In this document: positions 1 through 10,361 of the stretch, one piece after another
Layout of the letters: each line of letters starts with the position of its first letter
Position numbering within the stretch: position 1 is the first letter of the stretch
Source: Oopsacas minuta
Taxonomy: Eukaryota; Animalia; Porifera
DNA: 64,000 bases
Reading direction: 5' to 3'
Assembly: GCA_024704765.1 (NCBI GenBank)
Contig: JAKMXF010000299.1
Location: 1,092,863 to 1,156,862 of the forward strand
Program-made: the position numbers and the translations under genes
The notes under the pieces: model-generated
Told to the model about the DNA's origin: nothing
The model's database searches: none
Seen by the model: only the letters and a program-made list of their open reading frames with translations

Positions 1-249
1 AGCATATAAACTCAACACAATATAATTTGTAATCCAACCTCTATTAATCGAGTTTTATACTAATCAGAATGTTTTTCACATCACGTAATCAGTTCACACT
101 AACACGTTTATTACGCCTACTTTCAGTTCTTTAATCGATGGAATCATAATGTAAACATTATTAATTAATTCAAACTTGTGATATATCATATACATATACC
201 TTTACTGATCAATGAATTTCAATCCCTAGCGTTTATTTAAACGGGCACT

Positions 250-336
250 TATAATAGACCGGCGCTTATTCAAACCCCGGCGCTTATTCTTTTCGTTCAT
301 ATGAAACCCCCGGCGCTTATTCGGGGAAATACGGTA
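250..336. mobile_element. Terminus of a TcMar (pogo/Tigger-like) element
   Basis: Three CCGGCGCTTATT motifs (259, 277, 310) ending in ...TTCGGGGAAATACGG + TA, the reverse complement of a CCGTATTTCCCCGAATAAG-type TIR. The partner end is not in the window. Confidence 0.5.
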
Positions 337-879
337 TTTATCGAACCATGTTAGTGAAAATTTCTATGAGTTATTGGATCGAATGGAATAGTTATATCTC
401 TAGGTTGGTTAGGAGAGTTCTGTAGAATTCTTGGTTGGTTATGGTTGGGAAGCAGATCAACTGTACTGTTGTCTAAATTTTTTGCTATCAATTAATACAT
501 TAATACATATATTGAAATCTAATATAAGTAACCATGAGTCTCTAGTAATTTATATTACGAAATATAGTTATTGTAGAGTGAAGGCTGTGAAGCCAATTGT
601 CCTAAGAAACTAAACGAGAGGACTTTAGAATGAATCAATACAAAATAATCACTAAGATGTTAAATACTAAAGCACTCTAGCAAACAAATTTAATTAATAA
701 TACATAATTCTTGTTCTACATAAAGTGTAGAAAGCTGGACAATTTGTTGTATGCCTTTGAAATTCAAATACATACCAAGCCAAATTGTTGACATTAATTG
801 TATAACTCCAATATAATAAAACTTGTGGAGAGTTGTGTTATTAATCAATAGTATAAATGATGAAAAAGTTAATAATGAT

Positions 880-978
880 AAATAATATTGGAAGGGCGAA
901 AAGACACTCTCACCCCCCCGGAATAAATATTGGGGGGGGAGCGAGAGCCCCCCTTGCCTCCCAAGATCAACGCCTCTG
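880..978. mobile_element. GC-rich MITE terminus remnant
   Basis: G/C-run block ending GATCAACGCCTCTG; similar in style to the MITE ends at 32356-32641. No partner end or TSD found. Confidence 0.3.
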
Positions 979-999
979 GTAGTCTGACTGGTTTGTCTG

Positions 1000-1700
1000 T
1001 AGGTGTCTGTCCCACAAAGATCATGGCTGGGGCCGCTATTCTTTATTGTACTCATCAGTGATTTGCACCCTCCATGTACTTTCTCATTAGTTGGACGATA
1101 CCACCCAATCGGGCGCGGGTCCCCGAAGACTGCTTGGGCCCCATACAGACACTCATAGACCAAACAGCTTCTTGGCCCACCGCTAAAAATTGACACCCAA
1201 CATTGATAAAACAAGGACTTGATAATAGCGATCCAAAAATATCCCATTGGAATTGCTCCCATTACGATCGAAATGGCGAGTATGGGGCGAGTTTTTATTT
1301 TGACCTGTTAGGCTTAATAATAAGCGATGAACTAACATGAAGTGAAAATACCACCTATATTTGATCAAAGGCTCCGAGCGTTAATGCTATCCTAAGCTGC
1401 TCAGGAGGGATTGACAAGACAGTGGTGACTTGATCATGTTTTATGGGTCTGTAATCAGGCCAGTAGTTGGATATGCATATCCGGTGGGACATCCCTGATA
1501 ATGGCTGATTCGACCAAGATTGAGTCCAACCAAGGAAGAACCTTGATAATAATTGAAACAGCCTTGTGTTATGACACGGCATGTTATCAACACCACATAG
1601 AGAAACTTCATGTCCTGAGGAGAATTTGTCCCTGAAGTTCTTTTCTGCCTTCCCACATAGCACAAATTATCTGCCAACAGAACCAAAGCTAGCGGTTTAA
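1000..1700 (+). mobile_element. Degenerate CR1/L2-type LINE reverse transcriptase, 3' part
   Basis: Manual translation across stops and frameshifts gives (GV)PQRSWLGPLFFIVLISDLHPP, LLGLIISDELT*SENTTYI, FYGSVIRPVVGYAYPV and KIESNQGRTLIII. These match the CR1/L2 RT motifs GVPQGS.LGPLLF, KLLGV.I...L.W and Y...IRP.LEYA.PVW. Confidence 0.8.
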
Positions 1701-2149
1701 GTACTCTCTCATATCCTATGGACTTTACAATTTTCAATATTTCAACTGATACCCTACTAGGGTAATTTTTCGAGATGCTGATGATTTCTGAAGTTGATGA
1801 CTCGAAGATTTGACGAGATTTCTGAAGCTGATGGCCCTGGAATATTTTTTAGTATTGTGGTTGATTAATTTGCTGGATCATTTATTATGTATGTATTTGG
1901 GGATGGAGACAAATACAATACATGAATATATGATATAATATTCCTATATAGTATATTCTTAAATAGTATACCCACTGTATATTACATCTATAAATATTTC
2001 AGTCAATTAGAAATTCTTTTGGTGATTCTATCAAGTGAAAGCATCTGAATTCTTCTTTCATTTTCGCAACAGTGATTATATATATCTATACTATAAAACC
2101 GCGATTATTCCATGTGTATCACAGCCTAGGAAACTATAGCCAGTTCACG

Positions 2150-3350
2150 GTGTAGAATTTCTTGGACTAAGGATTTCTTCAAGTGAAGTCAGGGCTCAAT
2201 TAATGTATTATTGATAGTTAATAATAAACACAAGCCAAGTCATCCAACTATCACCAGTTCAAAATGACTTCATGTTCTGATAAATTGGCAAATATGTTGT
2301 TAAATGCACCATTATTTAAGATCTGAGAAACGATCCCTAGTATGTTTCCGAATGGGGAATTAATATCCAGTGATCTAAGGATGTTTAGGCATAAAATATA
2401 CAATTGTTGTAATTGTAAAGCAGATACGTTACTGAGTTATATTAGGTACCATGGATGACATCTGTTTTGGCAATATTCACTTAACCGAGTACGGCCGAAG
2501 TGTTATATTCGAGCTTTATTATTCACTTATATACAGAGGATCAAATTAAAATATTACCATGTTTTAAAGTTAAAAGCATAATTCTTCACTTTGATGCTAC
2601 TGGCTCAATCATTCGAAAGATTGAACCTTCCCAGCACAATGTATTTATTATCCCTCACAGTACAAAATCTAACTTATTCTACCAATCCCGTACCTCTGGC
2701 AGAGATGATTAGTTCTGGCCATACTAGCACTGAGGTTAGTTATTTTCGGAATCAATTTTGGGACCTTGAGATTTCATCAGAGTATTTTATCCAGGTAAAA
2801 TATGTAGAATTTTAGCGTTGAATATTGCTTTTCATCCCAGAGTTATAAAATTTTAAAGGTCGTAAGCGAATAAGAGATATTTCAGAAGAAAATGTAGCAA
2901 AGAATGGTTAAGGAAAAAGAAACAGCATTGTAGCTATTTGAAGTCAAAACATGAATTTCCTCAATTTAATAGTGATCAAACTGTATGAAATATACATTAA
3001 TCCCTATTAAGCGTCAGAAGTTGTCTACGTTACTTAAGACTTGCAAATCACAAGAAATTAAGACTGCGTCAATTATTACTGATGAAGAAGCATCTGTATA
3101 TTAGATCAAATTTTTGTAGCACTTTGATCAAAGTTCCATTAAAATGTCTTTTCAGTCAAACTTTGATCGAAAATTGTCGTGCTCGACAACACCACAATCT
3201 TCATATTTCCCATCCTGATTTCCTTGAGCCATCGATAAAAATGTCCAGCCGACAGAGTTGTAGGCCAGTTCAGGGTTGTGTATTTTTGTTCTTTTCTGGG
3301 GGGATACCGCCTGACACTCTATAATGCCACAATGCACCGAACTTGACTGA
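2150..3350 (+). mobile_element. Degenerate Mutator-like (NOF/FB-type) transposase remnant
   Basis: IHLYTEDQIKIL...LHFDATGSIIRKI and PVPLAEMISSGHTSTEVSYF in adjacent frames resemble the DATG-type MULE/NOF transposase core. No TIRs identified. Confidence 0.5.
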
Positions 3351-4106
3351 TTTCTATCTAGGACGTGCTAGCATTTTTTATTTCATTAATTAGTAACAGG
3401 TACCATTAGGAGGGGATTAGGGATTTACTTCGCTACCTTATGGCTCTTGGAGTTTATATTTGTGTTCGTTCTTCAGCTGCTAAGGAACGGGAGTGTCGAA
3501 TTTGTGCTAATGTTATGATTAGATTGAATTTTGTTGGATTGATTATTCGAAATCAAAATTGGGGATCCGATTTTTGTTTTATTTTTCTATTTTCTTTCAA
3601 TTTTCTCACTTTTTGATCACACTTCTTGTTTTTCTATCAAAGTTCTCATTTTTCGCTTGAACTTCTCTTTTTTGATCAAGATTCGACAATCTTTCTGTCA
3701 AAGTTCCACTGAATATTCTTCTAGAGTTTCTACCTAATTTTCCTTTCTCATCATTGGATCAAAGTTCAATATACGAAAATTTGATCGAAGATCTACAATA
3801 TAATCGATTAAATTATACAGATTCATGACGAATTGGCAGAGTCTACTGTAATATGATATCTTTCGTCCACCACACATTTAATGGTAGTAAATTGCTACTT
3901 GTAACCAATGAAAACTACATTATAGTAATCCTGTTGTCTATTCTTAGATAATTTAATTCAAAATGGTGAAGGATTATATGTGTCTATTCCCAGAATATGT
4001 CAGGTGATGGAAACTGTTATTTCTACAATTTCTTATCTGTTTACAGATAGTAAAACATATAATCAATTTAGTGAAATAATCGTTGAAAACTTGCTTGTTC
4101 AATTTA

Positions 4107-5440
4107 CTAGGGCGTTCAATAAGTCTTGCGGGTGATATCATAGAATATGAAACAAACACTATACACACTAATTCACTATATTGTTTATTCAAAGTAATCC
4201 CCTCCTGCAGATACACAAAGTTTTAACCTTTCCACCCACTTGTAAAACTCATTTCTGTGCTCTTCCTCGGGGATGAATTTGAAGTACTGGTACAGTCTCG
4301 TTCCGAGTGCTTGTAATGTGTTAAAATCTTTGCCTCGAAGGTAGATTTTAAGCTTGGGGAATAGCCAACAATCACACGGAGCTAGGTCTGGTGAGTATGG
4401 TGGATGGGGAAGTAATTCTAACCCTTCTACATCCAAGAAATTTTTGGTAAGCTTAGCTGTATGGGAACTGGCGTTATCAATTAAAATCTTCGTTCCTCGA
4501 GTTCCGGTTTTCGGGCGGTACTTTCTATATTTTCTATCAAATTTGGAAGCACTTGCTCTGTAAAGAAAGTAGCAGTAACAGCCTTGCCACTCTCACAAGG
4601 TAATTGCAAGACAATTCCATGACCACTGAAGAAGATGGTATGCATAATCTTAGGTTTTCTGAAGTCGGGCCTAAGAATTTTCGCCGGTTGTTCGTCGCCC
4701 CTCACCCATGATCGCTTCTTATACTTGCTATATGGTGTTGAATAGTACACCCACGTCTCGTCACCAGTAATAATCTCTGTTAGGCGTCTAGAATCGCAGT
4801 TGTCATAAGTTTCCAAGAGTTTCTGGGTAATATTCAGTCGTGCCAACCTTTGATTCTCACTGAGCTTATGCGGGAACCATTTCCCACAAATCGATCGGTG
4901 GCCAAGCTCTGTCGTCAGAATTGTATGATTAGCTCTCGATGAAATCTCCACACTTTGTTCTAACTGATTGACAATAATGCACTTGTCTTCCATGACTATT
5001 CTTTCAATGAGTCCGATATTCTCTGAAGTGGTGGCGGATACCGGTCTTCCAGATCGAGGCAAATCTGTGACATCAGCATCACCAGATCTCAAACGGGCAG
5101 CCCATCGCTCTACAGTAGATCTGGAAGGGCAATCCACGCACAATATCTCCTGTAAATCGCTGAAGATCTGTACCGGCTGAATCTTGAGTATTGTGTGATA
5201 CTCTATGTAAGCTCGCCATTTGAGGTTGAAATTATCATCCTTTGAAGCCATAAATTCAACAGTGGGTATAAATTGACTACACGTAACTATCTCAAAAATT
5301 CATAATTTGTATTGAATATGCTTGAAACTTTCAGTATATGGAGTTTAACTATATGGGCTTATAATATATGAAAGTTAGATATATTACTTGACCAATTCCT
5401 AACATATATCATGACCCGCAAGACTTATTGCACGCCCTGA
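4107..5440 (-). mobile_element. Mariner (DD34D) element, full-length, one frameshift
   Basis: TIRs AGGGCGTTCAATAAGTCTTGCGGGT (4109) and ACCCGCAAGACTTATTGCACGCCCT (to 5438). ORFs 4481..5251 and 4185..4436 join with a 1-nt loss near 4524. Motifs TGDETW, IDNASSH and YSPDLAPCD; 34 residues counted between the last two Asp. Confidence 0.95.
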
Positions 5441-6323
5441 TCGGACTAGTTGTAATATGTTTTTGTTTATACACAAGGTAATTTAGGAATATTCAGGATT
5501 GCTTTAATACGTTGGGGATGAATAAGGTTGGTAATGGGCTATTGGCTTTGAGATATTTGTAGCTTCTTTGTAATTTAATGTGGGGATACTGGAACTCGCT
5601 CGGCTGGGTTTTCAGGTGATGAATCAATTTTGATCGATTATTTAATAAGACAACTTCAAATGGTGTATTTATTCAGAATTTATGTATTCAAAACCAGACG
5701 GCACAATCTCAAGATCATGTCGATAACAAATTTATTATTAAAGCAACCTAATCATTGGTTCCAATATGTGGGAGCGAAAATTACATATTTACCAACTAGA
5801 TTATTTAGTGAAAACAATATATTTAAATGGGATTATTTTGTTATTATAATTATGCATTGCGACTACTTTAAATAATTTCTAGACCTCTAACCTAGGTTGT
5901 TAGTCGCAAACCCCTCAATTAACTACTGAATTTGACATCACTTGAGTTCATTAATTATATAGACATGTAATAGTATTTATCATATAAAATGTTTGCGAAT
6001 ATGAATTTTGCTCAATTTACATGCTTCACCCTACCAAATTTTAGCCTATGAAAGAGGAGTTCTAATTGAATTTTAGTAGGAAAAGAGTGAAAGCATGGGC
6101 GGAATTTTTGGGTGGCCGCCACCCCAGTTAGAGGTAGTAGAACTGGGGTAAGTTTGAAAATACCAAGTATTTTGTCTCTTAAAAATATTAGAAAATATTG
6201 AATATATAACACTATTTCATAATTTACAACTATCTGCTTCAGATTTGTTAGAAAATTATTGATTCAAATTTTTGAATACTGATAATTGCTTCTATTCTAT
6301 ACGCTACTTGACATTACCTAAGG

Positions 6324-6912
6324 CAGTGGTTCCCAACCCTTGCCACCCCAAGACCCCATTCAGCCATGGAGCTAAGTAGGTGGCCCCACACATTGAACAT
6401 AAATTAAACAGTTTTAAATTATCAAACTCATTATTTTGGCATGTAATATAAAATATATGAAAATACTCTACCATTATGGAAATTTGAAATATCAGGTTTG
6501 CTTGTGCTTTTTCAGGACAAACTAAAGGACACTTTTATATTCGATCAATGTTAATACATAATATCGGTACGAGCGCGCTTTGATTTGCTAGGATTGATAC
6601 CACATAACAAATTGTTTATCAACACGAATAGGTAAAGCTTCGTATAATGAAAGACACTCAAATAAGTGACAAGAATCAATTGTTTACAAATTGACAGAAT
6701 TCCGGAGAGGAGGATAATGTACTTTTTAATAGTGAGGAGCTTTTAATCAAATTCTAATAAACAATTACATATATTCAAAACATAATAATTTTTGGGTACA
6801 AATTGTAGTATGTAAAAAGAGGAAACTATTCATTTATAAAGAGATCAGATGGCCCATGTAAATACTCCTGCGGCCCCATGTGGGGCCGCGGACCACCAAT
6901 TGGGAACCACTG
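6324..6912. mobile_element. hAT (Charlie/Buster) MITE, 589 bp
   Basis: TIRs CAGTGGTTCCCAA / TTGGGAACCACTG; perfect 8-bp TSD ACCTAAGG (6316-6323, 6913-6920); no ORF. Confidence 0.95.
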
Positions 6913-7199
6913 ACCTAAGGAATCATACAGAATCTGCTGGATTATACTTAATTCTTGAAACCCTCCCCAGAGGGAGAATATTTAAATATGTATTTCTGAT
7001 ATTTACTGATAATATTTAGTGTATGTATTACTTGAAACTGAATATGGCTGAAAAAGGGGGCTAGAGATTTTAGTGGTAACTAGCCTTCTATAATGATTTT
7101 TGGCGGGAAAAGGCTAAAAACTGATGAAATACAATCAGTATAGTCTTCCGGTGATATAGGTACTTCATGTCCCGACCTGTCCAAACCAGAAATATATCC

Positions 7200-7490
7200 T
7201 TTCCAGTCGAACAGGACATTGAAAGCCTACCATGTAAGATGCATGAATCTGTTAGTGGTCACTCGGTTCAAAAGGAGTGGTTTCTGGCAACTTCATAGTT
7301 AAAGATGTGTAAAGACGGAATTTCGTTATATTTTCTCAGCTGTAACTGGCCCTTTGAAAATGGCTGTCTCAAACCTGCAGTTATGATTTGTTGTTCTAAA
7401 AACCCCTGGACAAACAAGCAATGTAGGTTTAATAGATTCAAAAAACGGAAAGGCTGGGTTGGCTAAGCATCAGTAAAATTCATTTAATTT
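7200..7490 (+). mobile_element. hAT N-terminal TTF-type zinc-finger remnant
   Basis: SVQKEWFLATS*...SLYFLSC...VGLIDSKNGKAGLAKHQ resembles the W..Y...FC..C...GF.NWK...L.KHE.S..H pattern; stops and frameshifts present. Confidence 0.4.
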
Positions 7491-8169
7491 GATGCCTGAT
7501 TATGTACTGAACATTTCGAAGCATGCCTGTCAACACAGAATTCGGTTAGACGAGTTCTCTAAGGCGGTGTTCGAGGTTGCAAGGACAGGCTTGAAGGTTG
7601 TCTTTGAAACCGTAGGGTTGTATGGACATCAGGGGTCGGTGGTGAGGGTTCATAGAGAGAAGTAGGTTCAGCTGATTTTAACTGCATTTTGAATGTAATT
7701 GCCAAATTGGAGAGAAATGTTGTATTCTTTATTGTCGATCATGGTATGAGGGGTTGACATGACTGCTATATCCATGCACAATGCCAAGTTTAGGATCCAT
7801 ATCTTGTGAATTCCTATTCCAAGCAATTTTTCTTTCGCACCACGTGCGTATATCACTAGCAGAAGGAATTCTGGAACTTTGGAGCAAATCTGACAAATTG
7901 ACATTTTGGTTGGCTTATACACTTTTTAGTGGCTCAGCCACTTTATATGGTCATATCTTCTTAGGAATTTTCCATTATGGATGAAACTTACAAGAATTAA
8001 ATTTAAGGTGTCCTCTTTCAATAACCTTGAGGACAATTAAATATTTTGCGATATCTAGCGATGCATATTTAATAAGCTCAGCTATGCCTCACCTCACTTT
8101 GAGTATTAAACAGCTCAATTTCAGCTTAAATTCGTAATCATCCCATGATGATTTTAATTTTGTTGAAAT

Positions 8170-8430
8170 CATTGCCTCAGGAAAATTTGGGCCTAGTTCC
8201 TCTATGATTTTGCTACAATCTCAAAAGGGGCGATTGCGTCATAATTTCGTCATATTCCTTGAACTTCGTCGAAGACTCTAAACTTCTCCAAGCCAGGCCC
8301 AAAATACCCCTATATTCCAAAAATATTCCAGTTTTTTCAATCAAGTCTGGAAATACAAATATATATATATATATATATATTCGTATTTCCAGAGAGGGAA
8401 AGAGATTAATTGCATTTTAATGGTATAGAT
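8170..8430 (+). repeat. Helitron-like interspersed repeat, 3' part
   Basis: Similar to 18820-19245, 51468-51915 and 63420-63945; (TA)n tract followed by GATTAATTGCATTTTAATGGTATAGAT terminus. Confidence 0.55.
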
Positions 8431-9241
8431 CAAGGGTGCTTAAACGATGGCCCGCGAGACAATTCGCTGTCTCCTTGCATAATTCGCTTGTTTTAATTAT
8501 TCATATATATGTATATATGTACAGTGGATATACGTGCTCAGTCGTCAAATACTATTTATTTTCTAAACACCATATCGAAATAATTATTGATACTCTACAA
8601 ATGCATCAATGTTCCTAGTATGAATACAGTATTTGGTGACTATGGTTTGCATTTACGAATTCTATCAATTACTAGAGCTTCACAAGTATAACTTCGGAAG
8701 CAGAACCTAAATAGAAATGGCGAGTTCTTTGGAAACATATATTTATGTGAGCAGATGTTCTCCCGCAATAAACATACAAAATCCACAATTAGATTAACCA
8801 TCACTGATTCACATTTGGACCAGTGTCTTCGTCTACAACGACTGATATAGAAGCAGATATGGATTTATTTGTTAAATCCAAACAATATCATCACTCTCAT
8901 CAACTAAATTTCGTAGTTTAGATAGATGTTTCTGCAATGTTATTCTACTATGAACAGTAGATAGTATACCCCAAATCTAGATTTAGTACTATTGTTCACT
9001 TGCTAGAATACAAGCTAAGTTCAAAAAGAGACATCAAATGTTTCGAATCCATTTAAAAGATTATAATTTAAGTCAATTACCTGGATTTACATGTGGGATC
9101 AATTGTTAATGCAAAATGAGGTCAATAACATAGCTTGAAAATTGATCAATCTAAAGCCAGAGGCGATCTATGATTTTTGGCCCGTAAGGCGGAGGATAAT
9201 TTTTAGTGTGACCCGTAGATTTAAAAGTTTGAGCACTCCTG
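8431..9241 (+). mobile_element. hAT-Charlie internal-deletion derivative
   Basis: Ends CAAGGGTGCTTAAAC / GTTTGAGCACTCCTG; perfect TSD GTATAGAT (8423-8430, 9242-9249). Retains the hAT dimerisation-domain fragment YLCEQMFSRNKHTKS...TDSHLDQCLRL at ~8730-8880. Confidence 0.9.
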
Positions 9242-9778
9242 GTATAGATATAAGTAATAGATATATGTATGTAGAGTTGAAACCGCCATTTAGCAAATCT
9301 TATTTTCAAGAGGTTTCCTTGCTGCTTGTATGCGCATTTTGCTGTTATGCGAACTAGTCACTATACCAAACTACCCTTTATGTCCATTAAAGAGTTTCTA
9401 CTAGAGGAATTTTGCTACTAGATTTACTTGCTAATCGGCGGTTTCCGCTGTCTGTCTATCATGGCCCCCTTTTGTCCAGCTATAATTCTCATTCATATCC
9501 TTATAATCTAGATATCCATGTATTATTCTATCAAGTACTTACATAATCTAAGTTTTTCAATCGACTTTTCTTCGAAAAAGTCAAATTTGACTTTTCCAAT
9601 TTGAGATAGACTATACCAAGGGCCTGCAGCTCGTGTTCAACATTTTCTGTTCTTTATACGGTTCTTCACTTTGGAACTTACTTTTGCAGTATTTCTATTT
9701 ACTTAACCTAATTTCCGTTCTCATCTTATTTTTTCATACTTTTATGGTTTTTATTGTTAATTTATGTTTCCCGTTTAG

Positions 9779-10197
9779 GTATGGTATGGTGTATTTCACT
9801 TAGTAATTTTGAAATCGATGTTGATTTGCTTTTCCAAGAAAATTCATCTATTGGTATGAAAATATTCATTACTGAAAAGATTGTCGGCCTTCTGCCTAGT
9901 ATGCAATGTCCTCATCGACTAGAACCCCATCAAATCCAAGGACTTGACTATATTCACATATTTCCCGTTGTTCAGTGGTTGGTACGTAAAGCGATAGAAA
10001 CAAGAAATGAGCTTGGCAATACTATCCGTTCATTTTCTGTTCATAATTTTTCAAAGGAATATTCCTCAATATCCGCTAATAGTGTCTTACCCACCAATGC
10101 TGCAGGTCTTAAAATATCTACTCAGACTTTGCTTCGGCCCCGCAGAAAGTATCGTTCATCGCGTTATTCCCTTACACATGACCACACCTGTAGAAAG
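9779..10197 (+). CDS. CCDC93: CCDC93 internal coding exon (CH-like/N-terminal region)
   Basis: [29 protein letters not shown]...[32 protein letters not shown] closely matches CCDC93. AG acceptor at 9777-9778 (phase 1); GT donor at 10198 (phase 0). Confidence 0.92.
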
Positions 10198-10361
10198 GTA
10201 AAATGTCTATATTATTATTATTATTTCAGGGTATGTAAGTATATTTATATTCGTAGCCATAAACTATTACTACTACTATGCTACTAATACTACTCTCATC
10301 AAATTGATTTCTACAAAGTACGAACTGCATCTAGATTCCAATTTTGATATCTTCAACTTGG

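Noticed and set aside
690-1737. Minus-strand ORFs of 190, 102 and 98 aa as novel genes
   Set aside because: They are antisense shadows of the plus-strand LINE RT remnant and an adjacent GC-rich MITE end.
9300-9480. Plus-strand peptides (QEVSLLLVCA; LLIGGFRCLSIMAPF) as CCDC93 exon 1
   Set aside because: Only superficial similarity to LLVAAGYFRARIKGLSPF, with no usable start codon or phase-1 donor.
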